Of a stretch of 64,000 nucleotides of DNA, positions 38,100-48,359 are shown in pieces. This stretch comes from Sulfurospirillum sp. (lineage in GTDB: Bacteria; Campylobacterota; Campylobacteria; Campylobacterales; Sulfurospirillaceae): the NCBI GenBank assembly GCA_045047115.1, contig JASFYR010000008.1, forward strand, positions 32,001 to 96,000. The letters are read 5' to 3'. The notes under the pieces were generated by a model, which saw only the letters and a program-made list of their open reading frames with translations, had not been told where the DNA came from and ran no database searches. Both the position numbers and the translations under genes were made by a program. The first letter of the stretch is position 1. The number at the start of each line of letters is the position of its first letter.

Positions 38100-39845
38100 T
38101 TATGCTTCTAGATTTTTTATCTCCTTGATACTGTTTATACGGTTTTCTTTTATGTCGTAACATTTAAATGATAATATTACACCACTGTCTTTCAGGACTG
38201 TCTCGAGAGCTTCTATGTCCTTGTTTAAATCAAGTTTGTTTTGTGATGCTATCAAAAAGTCATCCCCGTGTATCCTGAAAATAGCACATTTGCTACATAG
38301 ATTATCTAGCTTCTTGGCAAATTTGGCAAGTAAAATATCCCCATCTTCCCAACTTTTTCTTCTGTTATACTGCGTAAAATTGTGCAGATTAAACTTGCAA
38401 ATATAGTTATAATCAAATGCCTTTGTGTGATTGTAAAGAAGTATAAATTCCAGATAGTCCTTGTTAAATGCATCTGTAATTGTATCTTTGAAAAAGTAAG
38501 AAAATCTCTCTTTTTCCATTTTGGTTTTTGGTATTTGGGATATTGTATTATCTATTTTTATATTTTTTAATGATTTTATTGCGGCATCTACAATCTTTGG
38601 ATGAAACTGTTTGGATTTTGAATCTTCCAATTCATCCAAGGCTTCATTTATATCTTTTTTTGTTTTATATATCCTATCTGTAGTCATGGCATTAAATGCA
38701 TCGGCTACTGCCATGATCTGTGAAAGCATCAGAGTGCCATCTCCTTTTAGTCCAAAAGGGTATCCGGAGCCATCATATCTTTCGTGATGATATCTGACTA
38801 TTGTTGCTATCTCTTTATATATATCGACATCTTTCAAGAGCTCATATCCGACCTGGGCATGTTCTTTTATGATTTCATACTCTAGTGCATTGAGTTTCCC
38901 CGGCTTTAGCAACACTGAGTCAGGAATGGCAATCTTGCCTATATCGTGCAGCATTGAAGCTCTATAGAGATTTTCTATGTCTTTATCGCCGTAACCCATC
39001 TCCTTTGCTATAAGTATAGAATAGGTTGCTACTCTTTTTGTATGACCTGCTGTATAGCTATCTCTCTTTTCTATCATGTTTACCAAAGAATAGATATGTT
39101 GCTCATAACCCCGTATTTTTTCGCTCAGTGTTTTTAAAGCAAATTTTTTACCATACAAAATAGATATTAATCCTATAAAATATATAAGAACAATAGTAAG
39201 TATATCTACTAGAGAATGTTTAAAAGCAGTTGCATAATAACTCTTCAGAGGGATGAAAACAGAAACTCCACCCCGTATATCTCCAATTCTGTATCCTTGA
39301 AAGGCATGGCATTTTAAACAAGATTTTTTAGCAACGAGCGGATTCATATATCTTATATAAAATTCATTGCCTATTTCTACCTTTGCCAATACCGGTTTCC
39401 TTGTTTTCTCTATCTTTTCGAGTGTCTTTTTCTCCCACTCATCCGGTCTATTTTTAGGATTTAAGAGTGTAAGACTTGTGATGTGGGCTTTAACACCATA
39501 AAGTTTTGAATACTCTTTCATCATCTCAGAGAGTGTATAAGCCGGATTCATTAGAGTCAAATGTTGATTGGCATTTGTTGTTACATCTCGATTTTTGATA
39601 TGTGCCAGATATGGATTTGGAGGCGTATTTTTTGTGATGGGCACATAGACTCCTCCATGAGAAGCAACCCAGCTTCTATATGCCAAATCTTTTTTTACAC
39701 TTACCTTTGCTTCATTTATCGCTAAAGAGGTTGCATAATAATAATCTTGATGCAAATAGATTGTACCGACGAAAACTATCAGCAGAGACCAGCCAATTAT
39801 AATGAAAAGAGTAACTCTGTTTATAAATTTATTTTTGGAACTCAT
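38100..39845 (-). CDS. Membrane-anchored heme-c (DUF3365-like) sensor fused to an HD-GYP phosphodiesterase and a degenerate GGDEF domain
   Basis: TM, HGGVYVP, LMNPA, CLKCH, TM; HDIGK, HHERYDGSGYP; C-terminal FRIHGDDF. Confidence 0.88.
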   Translation of the reverse strand: MSSKNKFINRVTLFIIIGWSLLIVFVGTIYLHQDYYYATSLAINEAKVSVKKDLAYRSWVASHGGVYVPITKNTPPNPYLAHIKNRDVTTNANQHLTLMNPAYTLSEMMKEYSKLYGVKAHITSLTLLNPKNRPDEWEKKTLEKIEKTRKPVLAKVEIGNEFYIRYMNPLVAKKSCLKCHAFQGYRIGDIRGGVSVFIPLKSYYATAFKHSLVDILTIVLIYFIGLISILYGKKFALKTLSEKIRGYEQHIYSLVNMIEKRDSYTAGHTKRVATYSILIAKEMGYGDKDIENLYRASMLHDIGKIAIPDSVLLKPGKLNALEYEIIKEHAQVGYELLKDVDIYKEIATIVRYHHERYDGSGYPFGLKGDGTLMLSQIMAVADAFNAMTTDRIYKTKKDINEALDELEDSKSKQFHPKIVDAAIKSLKNIKIDNTISQIPKTKMEKERFSYFFKDTITDAFNKDYLEFILLYNHTKAFDYNYICKFNLHNFTQYNRRKSWEDGDILLAKFAKKLDNLCSKCAIFRIHGDDFLIASQNKLDLNKDIEALETVLKDSGVILSFKCYDIKENRINSIKEIKNLEA

Positions 39846-39925
39846 ATGATTATACTATCGTTATGCTACTTAAATTTTAATATATGATTTGCTATACTAA
39901 TAAAAAGATAAATAAGGGTTTTAAA

Positions 39926-40684
39926 ATGGCTAGATTATTGATTGTGTTTTTGTGCTTTTTATCTTTTTCTACACTTGGTGTAGCCGGTGAATATGGTAGG
40001 ATTTTTGCATCAAGTAATCTTGAATTTGTTTTTTCAGATATGATTAAAAGTTTTTATGCAAAATATCCAAGCTCCAGTGTGCACATACAGTATGGCTCAT
40101 CCGGTAGTTTGTTTGAAGATATACAAGATGGTAATAAATATGACATATTTTTCTCTGCTGACATGAGATATCCCCAAATGTTATATAAAAACGGAAAAGC
40201 CGTATCGCCTCCAAAGGCTTATGTCAGGGGGTTTTTAGTGCTTATTGGCTTTGATGATAAAGTCATAAAACAAAATGGTCTTAAGTGTCTGAGAAACAGT
40301 GATATTAAGAAGATTATGATAGCAAACAAAACAACAGCCCCATATGGAAAAGCATCTATAGAGATACTAAAAAATGCAGGCTTGTATAAAAATGTTAAAC
40401 AGAAGATTGAGTACTCTTTGGATGTGGCTTTGGTCATAGACGGAGTTTTGTGGAATCATTATATCGGATTCATCCCTAAATCAGCACTTGGCATACTTCC
40501 AAAAAATAAAATAAACTGGATAGATGTAGATAAGAGACTATACAGCCCGATTATACAAGGATATGCTATCTCTAAAAAAGGTATAAAAAATAAAAATGCT
40601 ATGAATTTTTTGAAATTTATAACTTCACCAGGTGGTGGAAAAATATTTAAAAAATATGGATACGAAACTATCTCTATGAAATAA
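39926..40684 (+). CDS. modA: Molybdate-binding periplasmic protein family
   Basis: YGSSG, DIFFSAD, APYGKA, YSPIIQ; ATG at 39926 preferred. Confidence 0.8.
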   Translation: MARLLIVFLCFLSFSTLGVAGEYGRIFASSNLEFVFSDMIKSFYAKYPSSSVHIQYGSSGSLFEDIQDGNKYDIFFSADMRYPQMLYKNGKAVSPPKAYVRGFLVLIGFDDKVIKQNGLKCLRNSDIKKIMIANKTTAPYGKASIEILKNAGLYKNVKQKIEYSLDVALVIDGVLWNHYIGFIPKSALGILPKNKINWIDVDKRLYSPIIQGYAISKKGIKNKNAMNFLKFITSPGGGKIFKKYGYETISMK

Positions 40685-40714
40685 TGCACTCTAAATCTTA
40701 CAAGGGAAAAAATT

Positions 40715-41218
40715 GTGGAATATAAGATAAAAGATAAACAAAATATCTCAAAATGTTGCTTTGTGTGTGGCATACAAAACAGTGTCGGTCTAAAAGCCAA
40801 ATTTTATGTCAGTGATGAGGACGAAACCATAGCTCTCTTTACTCCAAGAGAGAATCTCCAAAGTTACCCGGGAGTCATGCATGGAGGAATTTCTGCTACG
40901 ATTTTAGATGAGACTATCGGGCGGGCTATCATGAACAAATACTCTCAAGATACTTTTGGCGTTACGCTTGAATTAAATATAAAGTATAAAAAACCTGTTC
41001 CAACCGATGTGGAGCTCAAAGTTGTAGGGCGAATCACAAAGGACAAAGGCAGGATTTTTGAAGGAAGCGGAGAGATATATCTGAGTGATGGTACAGTAGC
41101 GGTGATGGCAAGTGGAAAATACCTAAAAAGAGAGCTTAGCCAAATCACAGACAGTGAATTTGCAAGTGATGAGTGGTTTGGCTCAGATGCCAAAGATATG
41201 GATAAAATAAATATTTAA
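40715..41218 (+). CDS. PaaI family (hotdog) thioesterase
   Basis: CFVCG..N..GL, HGGISATILDE. Confidence 0.88.
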   Translation: MEYKIKDKQNISKCCFVCGIQNSVGLKAKFYVSDEDETIALFTPRENLQSYPGVMHGGISATILDETIGRAIMNKYSQDTFGVTLELNIKYKKPVPTDVELKVVGRITKDKGRIFEGSGEIYLSDGTVAVMASGKYLKRELSQITDSEFASDEWFGSDAKDMDKINI

Positions 41219-41246
41219 TTTCTTTTTGGATAAAATACCGTTCATC

Positions 41247-41360
41247 AGACTTTTGTTTGAGTTGTATTTGAGCGACTCTGCAACCGATGGGTCAAAATCT
41301 TTGATTTTGGGGTACCCACCGTGTGAAGCCTTAGCGATGGTAGAATTCAAACAAAAGTCT
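41247..41360 (+). other. Nested inverted-repeat element in the leuD leader (structured RNA or MITE-like)
   Basis: 17-bp terminal arms agacttttgtttgagtt / aattcaaacaaaagtct enclosing tgggt-caaaatc-ttt-gattttg..-accca. Confidence 0.65.
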
Positions 41361-41386
41361 AGGAATTAAAATTTATAAGGAATTTT

Positions 41387-41890
41387 ATGAGCAGTATAAA
41401 TGGTAAAGTATGGAAATTTGGAGATAATATAGACACTGATTTGATAATTGCTGCCAGATATCTAAGCACTTCTGAGCCTGGTGAGTTGGCAAAACATGTT
41501 ATGGAAGACGCTGATCCGCAGTTTGTAGAGAAGATGAGCGAAGGAGATGTGATAGTAGCCGGTGAAAATTTTGGTTGCGGCAGCAGTCGTGAGCATGCTC
41601 CTATCGCTTTGAAAGCCGCTGGTATAAGTGCAGTAGTAGCTAAAAGTTTTGCAAGGATTTTTTATAGAAATGCTTTCAATATGGGACTTGCGATATTTGA
41701 ACTTCCTCAAAGTAATGAGATAAAAGAGGGTGATGTGATAGAAATAGATATGGAAAAAGGTGAGATAAAAAATGAAGATAGAGTTTATAAGTTTACCCCA
41801 ATTCCTCCGTTTATGCAAGAGCTGATAGCAAGTGGCGGACTCATAAATTTTGCCAAAAAAGAGATAGAAGATACTCTATGCAAAGCATAA
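41387..41890 (+). CDS. leuD: 3-isopropylmalate dehydratase small subunit
   Basis: [27 protein letters not shown]. Confidence 0.93.
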   Translation: MSSINGKVWKFGDNIDTDLIIAARYLSTSEPGELAKHVMEDADPQFVEKMSEGDVIVAGENFGCGSSREHAPIALKAAGISAVVAKSFARIFYRNAFNMGLAIFELPQSNEIKEGDVIEIDMEKGEIKNEDRVYKFTPIPPFMQELIASGGLINFAKKEIEDTLCKA

Positions 41891-41930
41891 GCAATAGTAG
41901 CGAGGAATTTAAGAGGGGCTTTGCCTCTAT
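41891..41930 (+). repeat. REP-like intercistronic element
   Basis: gcgaggaattt followed by hairpin aggggc-ttt-gcctct just before the leuB SD. Confidence 0.55.
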
Positions 41931-41946
41931 TGAAGGAGACAATAAT

Positions 41947-43017
41947 ATGAAATCATACAATATAGCAGTCATAAAAGGCGACGGTATAGGTCCTGAAATT
42001 GTAGATGAGGCTATAAAAGTTCTAGATGCCGTTAGTAAAAAAGAGGGATTTGAGCTAAACTATAAAGAGTATTTGATGGGCGGATGTGCCTATGAGGCAG
42101 TCGGCAATCCTATACCAGATGAGACCATAGAGGGGAGTAAAAAAAGCGATGCTGTGCTTTTTGGCGCGATAGGTGGCTATAAATGGGATAACTTGCCACG
42201 AGAGCTAAAACCCGAGAGTGGTCTTTTGAAGCTAAGAAAAGAACTGGGACTCTTTGCAAACCTAAGACCCGTAGCAGTTTTTGATGAACTTATAGAGGCA
42301 AGCAGTATGAAGCCTGAAGTTATAAAAGGGGTTGATCTGCTTGTGGTACGAGAGCTTACGGGTGGTATATATTTTGGTGAGCCTAGAGTCAATGACGGTC
42401 AAATTGCCTATAACACTATGGTATATACAAAAGACGAGATACAAAGAATTGCAAAAGTTGCCTTTGAATCAGCCATAAAGAGAAGAAAAAAACTCTGCTC
42501 GGTTGACAAAGCAAATGTCTTGGAAGTCAGTCGTTTGTGGAGGGCAACAGTCGATGAAATGTCTAAGGATTATCCAGAGGTTGAAGTCTCTCATATGTTT
42601 GTTGACAATGCGGCTATGCAGTTAGTGCGAGACCCGAGACAGTTTGATGTTATACTCACGGGTAATATCTTTGGTGATATTTTAAGTGACGAAGCAAGTA
42701 TAATGAGTGGTTCTATCGGATTGCTCCCATCCTCTTCAGTTGGCGGAATGGTCGGACTTTATGAGCCGATTCACGGTTCAGCTCCTGATATAGTCGGACA
42801 AGGTATAGCAAATCCTATTGCTACGATTTTGAGTGCGTCTATGATGCTTAGATACTCTTTGGAAGAGGTAAGAGCGGCCGATATGATAGACAACGCTATA
42901 AAAGAGGCTTTATATGAGGGTTACAGAACTCCTGATTTGGCAAAATACCACGCAAAAGTTGTCTGCTCTACTGCTCAAATGGGTACAGTTATAATTGACA
43001 AGATAAGCAAGGTCTAG
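41947..43017 (+). CDS. leuB: 3-isopropylmalate dehydrogenase
   Basis: [48 protein letters not shown] at 41947 follows AGGAG. Confidence 0.97.
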   Translation: MKSYNIAVIKGDGIGPEIVDEAIKVLDAVSKKEGFELNYKEYLMGGCAYEAVGNPIPDETIEGSKKSDAVLFGAIGGYKWDNLPRELKPESGLLKLRKELGLFANLRPVAVFDELIEASSMKPEVIKGVDLLVVRELTGGIYFGEPRVNDGQIAYNTMVYTKDEIQRIAKVAFESAIKRRKKLCSVDKANVLEVSRLWRATVDEMSKDYPEVEVSHMFVDNAAMQLVRDPRQFDVILTGNIFGDILSDEASIMSGSIGLLPSSSVGGMVGLYEPIHGSAPDIVGQGIANPIATILSASMMLRYSLEEVRAADMIDNAIKEALYEGYRTPDLAKYHAKVVCSTAQMGTVIIDKISKV

Positions 43018-43023
43018 TTCATA

Positions 43024-43269
43024 ATGGTAAAAACTCTCACTCTGGCATCTATATACGAGCTTCAAGGCTTAAAATCAGATGCGTTGGATATCTATAAGGA
43101 TATACTTAAAAACGATCCGAACAACAAAGAGGCAAGAGTAGCAATACGAAGACTTAGCGGAATCAGAAAAAAATACTTGGGAGTTGATGAGCAGATGAAG
43201 GATTTTTTTGTAAATATGAAGAGCAAGGTAGAGTTTTTGGAATTCGAAAGATGGTTGGTTAAACTTTGA
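43024..43269 (+). CDS. Conserved small TPR-like protein
   Basis: TLTLASIYELQG..ALDIY helix pair. Confidence 0.75.
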   Translation: MVKTLTLASIYELQGLKSDALDIYKDILKNDPNNKEARVAIRRLSGIRKKYLGVDEQMKDFFVNMKSKVEFLEFERWLVKL

Positions 43270-43283
43270 TGAGTGAGGGTGAT

Positions 43284-43616
43284 ATGGAACTAAAAGAGAT
43301 GATTATATCTACTTTGGCAGAATTAGAAGATAGCAATCAAGACGAAGAGCTGCAAGATGCAAAAGCACAAAGCAAAAAAGAGGATAAAATTGCGATAAAA
43401 GACGATCTTCCAAATCCTATGGATGTAGACAGTATAACAAGTAGTGAAAAGCAGTTTTATGAAAACATCAGGGAGAGGATTTTGGTTCTTTTTGAAGGTT
43501 TTCAATCACCAAACAATAAAAATATAGAGGCAAAAGTTGATTTGACACTAAATTTTTTAGAGTATCTTTTAGCTACCATAGATGAAAGATTGGAAAATTT
43601 AAAAACCAAAGAGTAA
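43284..43616 (+). CDS. CiaD-like domain protein
   Basis: ERILVLFEGF..KVDLTLNFLEYLLA; upstream of cca-purU as in Campylobacter. Confidence 0.75.
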   Translation: MELKEMIISTLAELEDSNQDEELQDAKAQSKKEDKIAIKDDLPNPMDVDSITSSEKQFYENIRERILVLFEGFQSPNNKNIEAKVDLTLNFLEYLLATIDERLENLKTKE

Positions 43617-44725
43617 TGAGTCTGATAAAAAATCTACCACCACATCTAAAAATCCAATTTGAAAAAGTGCAAAATTTTCTGAAAAACCACACAAATCGTG
43701 CTTACCTATCAGGTGGAGGAGTGAGGGATCTAGTGATGAAACAACCTCTTAAAGACCTGGATATTGAGGTTTATGACATAGATGATATGCATTTTGATTG
43801 CTTGATGAAGAGGCTTGGCGCCAAAGGAGTCGGTAAGAGTTTTTTTGTCTACAAATTAGGAGATATCGATATATCTCTTCCTAGAGTTGAGAGAAAAAAC
43901 GGTATAGGTCATAAAGCTTTTGAAGTAGAACTTTGTGATGATGAAAAAGAGGCTTCAAAGAGGCGCGATTTCACTATGAATGCCATGATGCTGGATATAT
44001 TTGATTATAAGCTTTTGGATTTTTATGGTGGCTTAAAGAGTATAGAGAGTAAAACCATCAGCCTGGTTGATGAGACAAGTTTTAAAGATGACAGTCTGAG
44101 AGTTTTGAGGGCTGTTCAGTTTAGCTCAAGATTAGGTTTTAAGATAGATGAAAAGACTCTAGGAATTATGGATGAAATTTCTCTTGAAGATTTGAGCAAT
44201 ACGAGGATTTTTTGGGAACTTGAGAAGCTGTTTTATGCCTCAAATCTTCACTTTGGACTCTACTATATGTATAGACTTCATCTGTTTGAAAAACTCTTTG
44301 TATACAGAGCTGAAGACAGACTCTTTTGCAAGTGTGCGCTGGAGTTGGGAAGAGCAAATGCAAGTTTTGAAAAAGATATCTATCCTTACTATTTTTTATA
44401 TGTAGTTGTCAATATTTTAGGCTTTAGCATATCTAAGATTTTAAAGAGTATCGAAGCACCTAGACACTTTGAGAGAGCTTTAAAAAATCAGCCTTTTTAT
44501 GATGGAGATGTAAATGATAAGCAACTTAAAACGATAGCGATAGATATGCCTCTTAAAGAGTGGCTTGGAAATTACAAAAAAGGGGTAAAGAAAAGGGCTC
44601 AAGAACTTGATATTTGGGATAAAAGATTTGATGGCGGTATTAAGATCAGTGATGTTATAAGCGAGGGATTTGAAAAAGATGAGATTAAAAAAGAGTATAA
44701 AAGAAGGGTATTAGGTACGATATGA
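43616..44725 (+). CDS. cca: CCA tRNA nucleotidyltransferase
   Basis: GGGVRD, DLDIE, RRDFTMNAM, DSLRVLRAVQF. Confidence 0.9.
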   Translation: MSLIKNLPPHLKIQFEKVQNFLKNHTNRAYLSGGGVRDLVMKQPLKDLDIEVYDIDDMHFDCLMKRLGAKGVGKSFFVYKLGDIDISLPRVERKNGIGHKAFEVELCDDEKEASKRRDFTMNAMMLDIFDYKLLDFYGGLKSIESKTISLVDETSFKDDSLRVLRAVQFSSRLGFKIDEKTLGIMDEISLEDLSNTRIFWELEKLFYASNLHFGLYYMYRLHLFEKLFVYRAEDRLFCKCALELGRANASFEKDIYPYYFLYVVVNILGFSISKILKSIEAPRHFERALKNQPFYDGDVNDKQLKTIAIDMPLKEWLGNYKKGVKKRAQELDIWDKRFDGGIKISDVISEGFEKDEIKKEYKRRVLGTI

Positions 44726-45555
44726 ATAAATATGTATTGAAGATAAAATGTTCTGATGCAAAAGGTTTGATATATAAGATTTCAAATGTTTTATATAAAA
44801 ATGATTTAAATATAGAGAAAAACAGTGAATTTGTTGATGGCCAAAACAGAAAATTCTTTTTTAGAGCAAGGCTGGATGGCGCCATAGATACACAAAAGAT
44901 AAAAGAGGAACTTCAAAAGGTTATGCCTGAAGATGCAGTCATAACCTTAAGAAAAAAAGTAAAGAAAAAGATCATTATTTTAGCTACAAAAGAGTCACAC
45001 TGTTTAGGTGATATATTGCTTAAACATGACAGTGCCGAGCTAAATGCAGATATACTCTGTGTCGTCTCAAACCACGACTCACTAAAATCTCTTTGTGATA
45101 GATTTGGCGTGAAATACCATTTTGTATCAAGTGATGGTTTAGATAGGGTTGAACATGAAAAAAATATTTTTGAAGTACTTGAGAGATACGAGGTCGATTA
45201 TCTTGTTTTAGCAAAATATATGAGGATTTTATCTGAAAATTTTGTCTCTAAATATGAGCAAAAAATCATAAATATACATCACTCTTTCTTGCCGGCTTTC
45301 ATCGGCGCAAATCCCTACAAGCAAGCCTATAAGAGAGGTGTTAAAATCATCGGTGCAACTGCACACTTTGTAAACAACAATCTGGATGAAGGACCTATTA
45401 TCGCTCAGGATGTTATATCGGTAAATCATGAATTAAATTGGAAAGACATGCAAAAAGCTGGCAGAAATGTAGAAAAAACTGTGCTTTCAAATGCACTTGA
45501 TTTGGTTTTTGATGACAAAATCTTTGTTTATCAAAACAAAACGGTGATTTTCTGA
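44722..45555 (+). CDS. purU: Formyltetrahydrofolate deformylase
   Basis: N-terminal ACT domain, LAKYMRIL, NIHHSFLPAF, LDEGPII. Confidence 0.96.
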   Translation: MNKYVLKIKCSDAKGLIYKISNVLYKNDLNIEKNSEFVDGQNRKFFFRARLDGAIDTQKIKEELQKVMPEDAVITLRKKVKKKIIILATKESHCLGDILLKHDSAELNADILCVVSNHDSLKSLCDRFGVKYHFVSSDGLDRVEHEKNIFEVLERYEVDYLVLAKYMRILSENFVSKYEQKIINIHHSFLPAFIGANPYKQAYKRGVKIIGATAHFVNNNLDEGPIIAQDVISVNHELNWKDMQKAGRNVEKTVLSNALDLVFDDKIFVYQNKTVIF

Positions 45556-46034
45556 TGTTTAATATCGTCTTGGTTCACCCACAAATCCCACAAAATACTG
45601 GAAGCATAGGCAGAATATGCGTAAATACAGACTCACGACTTCACATCATAAAACCGACTTGCTTTGAGATAAATGACAAAAATGTAAAAAGAGCAGGATT
45701 GGACTATTGGCATCTTTTGGATATAACAGTATGGGAAAGCCTAGATGAGTTTATGGATGCAAATTCTAGGTATTTAGACAGATTTTTCTTCTCCACTACA
45801 AAGAGTAAGAAGCCATATTTCCAAGCAGATTTTAGAGATGGAGATTTTATATTTTTTGGTGGAGAATCAACAGGTTTACCTATGGAGTTGATGAGCAAAA
45901 AGTGGGAAAATGCCGTCACGATTCCTATGGGAAAAAACGGAAGAAGTCTAAACCTCTCTGTTGCAGTGGGTATAGTGCTTTATGATGCCATAAGACAAAA
46001 TTTTAGTTCCCTTGAGGCATTTGTTGATTTTTGA
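45555..46034 (+). CDS. trmL: tRNA (cytidine/uridine-34 2'-O)-methyltransferase
   Basis: PQIPQNTG, RAGLDYW, FGGESTGLP, RSLNLS. Confidence 0.93.
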   Translation: MFNIVLVHPQIPQNTGSIGRICVNTDSRLHIIKPTCFEINDKNVKRAGLDYWHLLDITVWESLDEFMDANSRYLDRFFFSTTKSKKPYFQADFRDGDFIFFGGESTGLPMELMSKKWENAVTIPMGKNGRSLNLSVAVGIVLYDAIRQNFSSLEAFVDF

Positions 46035-47169
46035 TATAGTCTTTATCGGAGCAGGGGCCAGCTCCTTAATGGCTGCTTCATTTTTGCAAAATCTCTCAAT
46101 TGCTTTGATAGACAGCTCAGCAAAAATTGCACCAAAAATAAAGATTTCAGGCGGTGGTCGATGTAACTTTACAAATGCAAATATCAGTAGCAAAAATTAT
46201 CTAGGAAACAGTGAGTTTGTAGAGAGGACATTTGAGAGTTTCGGGCAAAAAGAGCTGTTGGAATTTTTCAAATCCAATGGGCTTTTGTATGAACGAAGAG
46301 ATAGCGGAAAATATTTTTGTAAGAAGAGTTCTAGTGATATCATAGATATATTTGCCAAACTAAATAGAAAATCTACTTTTTTTCTATCTCAAGTAGTGCA
46401 AAATGTTGAGCATAAAGAGTGTTTCACGATAAAAACAGATAAAAAGATCATAAAAGCAAAAAAAATAGTAGTTGCTAGTGGAGGCTTGAGTTACAAGAGT
46501 TTGGGTGCAAGCGATATTGGCTATATAATAGCTCAAAAATTTGGTCATAATATAGTAACTCCGATTCCTGCTTTGGTTGGTTTTACGCTTCAAAAAGAGC
46601 AGTTTTGGATGAAAAGCTTAAGTGGTATATCTCTTGAAGTTGCTCTACATGTAGAAGGTAAAAAATTTGTTGATGATATGCTTTTTGCTCACAAAGGAGT
46701 GAGCGGACCAGCTGTTTTATCGGCTTCATTATACTGGAAAAAGGGTCTGATAAGTGTTGATTTTGCTCCAAATATAGATATATCAAAGCTATTACATCAA
46801 AAAAGTAAAAAGCATATAAGCTCTATCCTTCCCTTCCCAAAAAGATTTATCAAAGAGTATTTAAAATCTATCCATTTGGACGATGTAGCAGTAGATAGAT
46901 TGAGTGAGTTTCAAATACAGAAGTTGTGCAAACTCAAATCTTACAAATTTGCACCTGCTGGCAACTTTGGATATTCTAAAGCAGAAGTCACCAAAGGTGG
47001 TGTGAGCAGTGATGAGATAAATTATTTAACATTTGAGAGTATAATGAAGAAGAATTTGTACTTTATCGGTGAAGTACTTGATATTACGGGCGAGCTTGGT
47101 GGCTACAATTTTCAGTGGGCTTTTTCATCAGCAGCTGTGATGGCAAAAAATATGGAGAGAGATTTATGA
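46012..47169 (+). CDS. HI0933/BaiN family flavoprotein
   Basis: GAGAS, ISGGGRCNFTN, ASGGLS, VTKGGV, GGYNFQWA; exact start uncertain. Confidence 0.9.
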   Translation: MRHLLIFDIVFIGAGASSLMAASFLQNLSIALIDSSAKIAPKIKISGGGRCNFTNANISSKNYLGNSEFVERTFESFGQKELLEFFKSNGLLYERRDSGKYFCKKSSSDIIDIFAKLNRKSTFFLSQVVQNVEHKECFTIKTDKKIIKAKKIVVASGGLSYKSLGASDIGYIIAQKFGHNIVTPIPALVGFTLQKEQFWMKSLSGISLEVALHVEGKKFVDDMLFAHKGVSGPAVLSASLYWKKGLISVDFAPNIDISKLLHQKSKKHISSILPFPKRFIKEYLKSIHLDDVAVDRLSEFQIQKLCKLKSYKFAPAGNFGYSKAEVTKGGVSSDEINYLTFESIMKKNLYFIGEVLDITGELGGYNFQWAFSSAAVMAKNMERDL

Positions 47170-48359
47170 GATATTTTATAGTAGTTTTTTTAGTTTTAAC
47201 TTCGCTTTTTGCAAAAGATTTTAAGATTGCTACCTACAATGTACAAAATCTTTTTGATTTACAAAAAAATGGAGGCGAGTATAAAGAGTATATACCAAAT
47301 ACAAAATCAAAGTGGAACAAGAAAAATTTCAGTATAAAATTGAAACATATTTCAAAAGTGATAAAAGATTTGAAAGCGGACATTATAGCTTTGGAAGAAG
47401 TTGAAAATCTTAGTGCAGCAAGAGCTTTAAACAGGGCATTGAAAAGTAAAAAATACCCATATATCTATACTTTTTTAAAAAAATACAAAAATACAATAGA
47501 CAGCGTGGTTTTTTCAAGATACAAAGTGGCAAATAAATATTCGCTCAAAGTGGATGGATACCCAAGAGCTATACATGTTTTGAAATTCTACCTTGATCAC
47601 CATAAACTAACGCTCTATATAAATCACTGGCCGGCATACAAACACGGATATAAGGCTAGAGCTGCTTATGCCACAAAATTAAAATCTGCACTAAACAGTA
47701 AAGAAGAGAGTGTAATTTTAGGGGATCTAAATACCCCCTTGAGAGTAGAAAAAAATGGCTGGGGAAAGAGCTTGAGAGATATTTTGGATTCCGGAAATTT
47801 TAAAAAACCACTTTATGATTTATGGTATGAAGTACCGCCTACTATAAGATATACTCATGTTTATGGAAGAATTAAAAATGCACTTGACCACATCATAGTC
47901 ACCAAAAATCTTTTTAACGATAGAGGTTTTGAATATAAACCAAACTCTTTTGGAGTTTTTAGACCAAAATATTTAATAGACAAGTATGGTTATCCCAAAA
48001 GATGGAAGCTTAAAAACGGTAAAGTTCATTTGGGAGTTGGGTATTCGGACCACCTTCCTATATATGCAACTTTTCAGACGAAACCATATAGCAAAAAAGT
48101 CCTGCAAAGTGTAAGTATAAGCTATCTGAAAGGTATGTTTAATGATATGATGCCTGTTGTTTTAAAAAATGTAGAGGCCATAAGGGTTGACAAGTATGGA
48201 ATCACTATAGCAGACGGAAAAGATAGAATAAAAATTTATCTGCCGGATGAAAAATTTGAAAAAGGCAAGAAGTATGATATTTTAGTTAAAAGAATAGGAA
48301 AATATCATAGAAATATGGAGATAAGACTCTGTAGAATCATAAGAAAGGTTGGTAAATAA
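47166..48359 (+). CDS. Secreted endonuclease/exonuclease/phosphatase (EEP) family protein
   Basis: Signal peptide, TYNVQNLFD, EEVEN, NHWP, GDLN, LDH, SDHLP. Confidence 0.9.
   Translation: MRYFIVVFLVLTSLFAKDFKIATYNVQNLFDLQKNGGEYKEYIPNTKSKWNKKNFSIKLKHISKVIKDLKADIIALEEVENLSAARALNRALKSKKYPYIYTFLKKYKNTIDSVVFSRYKVANKYSLKVDGYPRAIHVLKFYLDHHKLTLYINHWPAYKHGYKARAAYATKLKSALNSKEESVILGDLNTPLRVEKNGWGKSLRDILDSGNFKKPLYDLWYEVPPTIRYTHVYGRIKNALDHIIVTKNLFNDRGFEYKPNSFGVFRPKYLIDKYGYPKRWKLKNGKVHLGVGYSDHLPIYATFQTKPYSKKVLQSVSISYLKGMFNDMMPVVLKNVEAIRVDKYGITIADGKDRIKIYLPDEKFEKGKKYDILVKRIGKYHRNMEIRLCRIIRKVGK

Noticed and set aside
41247..41386. Leucine attenuator with leader peptide
   Set aside because: No Leu-codon-rich short ORF with an SD, and no U-tailed terminator before leuD
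41878..41946. N-terminal extension of LeuB given in the ORF track
   Set aside because: It translates the REP-like spacer; the SD-supported start is 41947
43261..43293. Selenocysteine or read-through at tandem in-frame TGA TGA after the TPR-like gene
   Set aside because: No SECIS-like hairpin or Cys-homologous position; the stretch simply supplies the SD for the next gene
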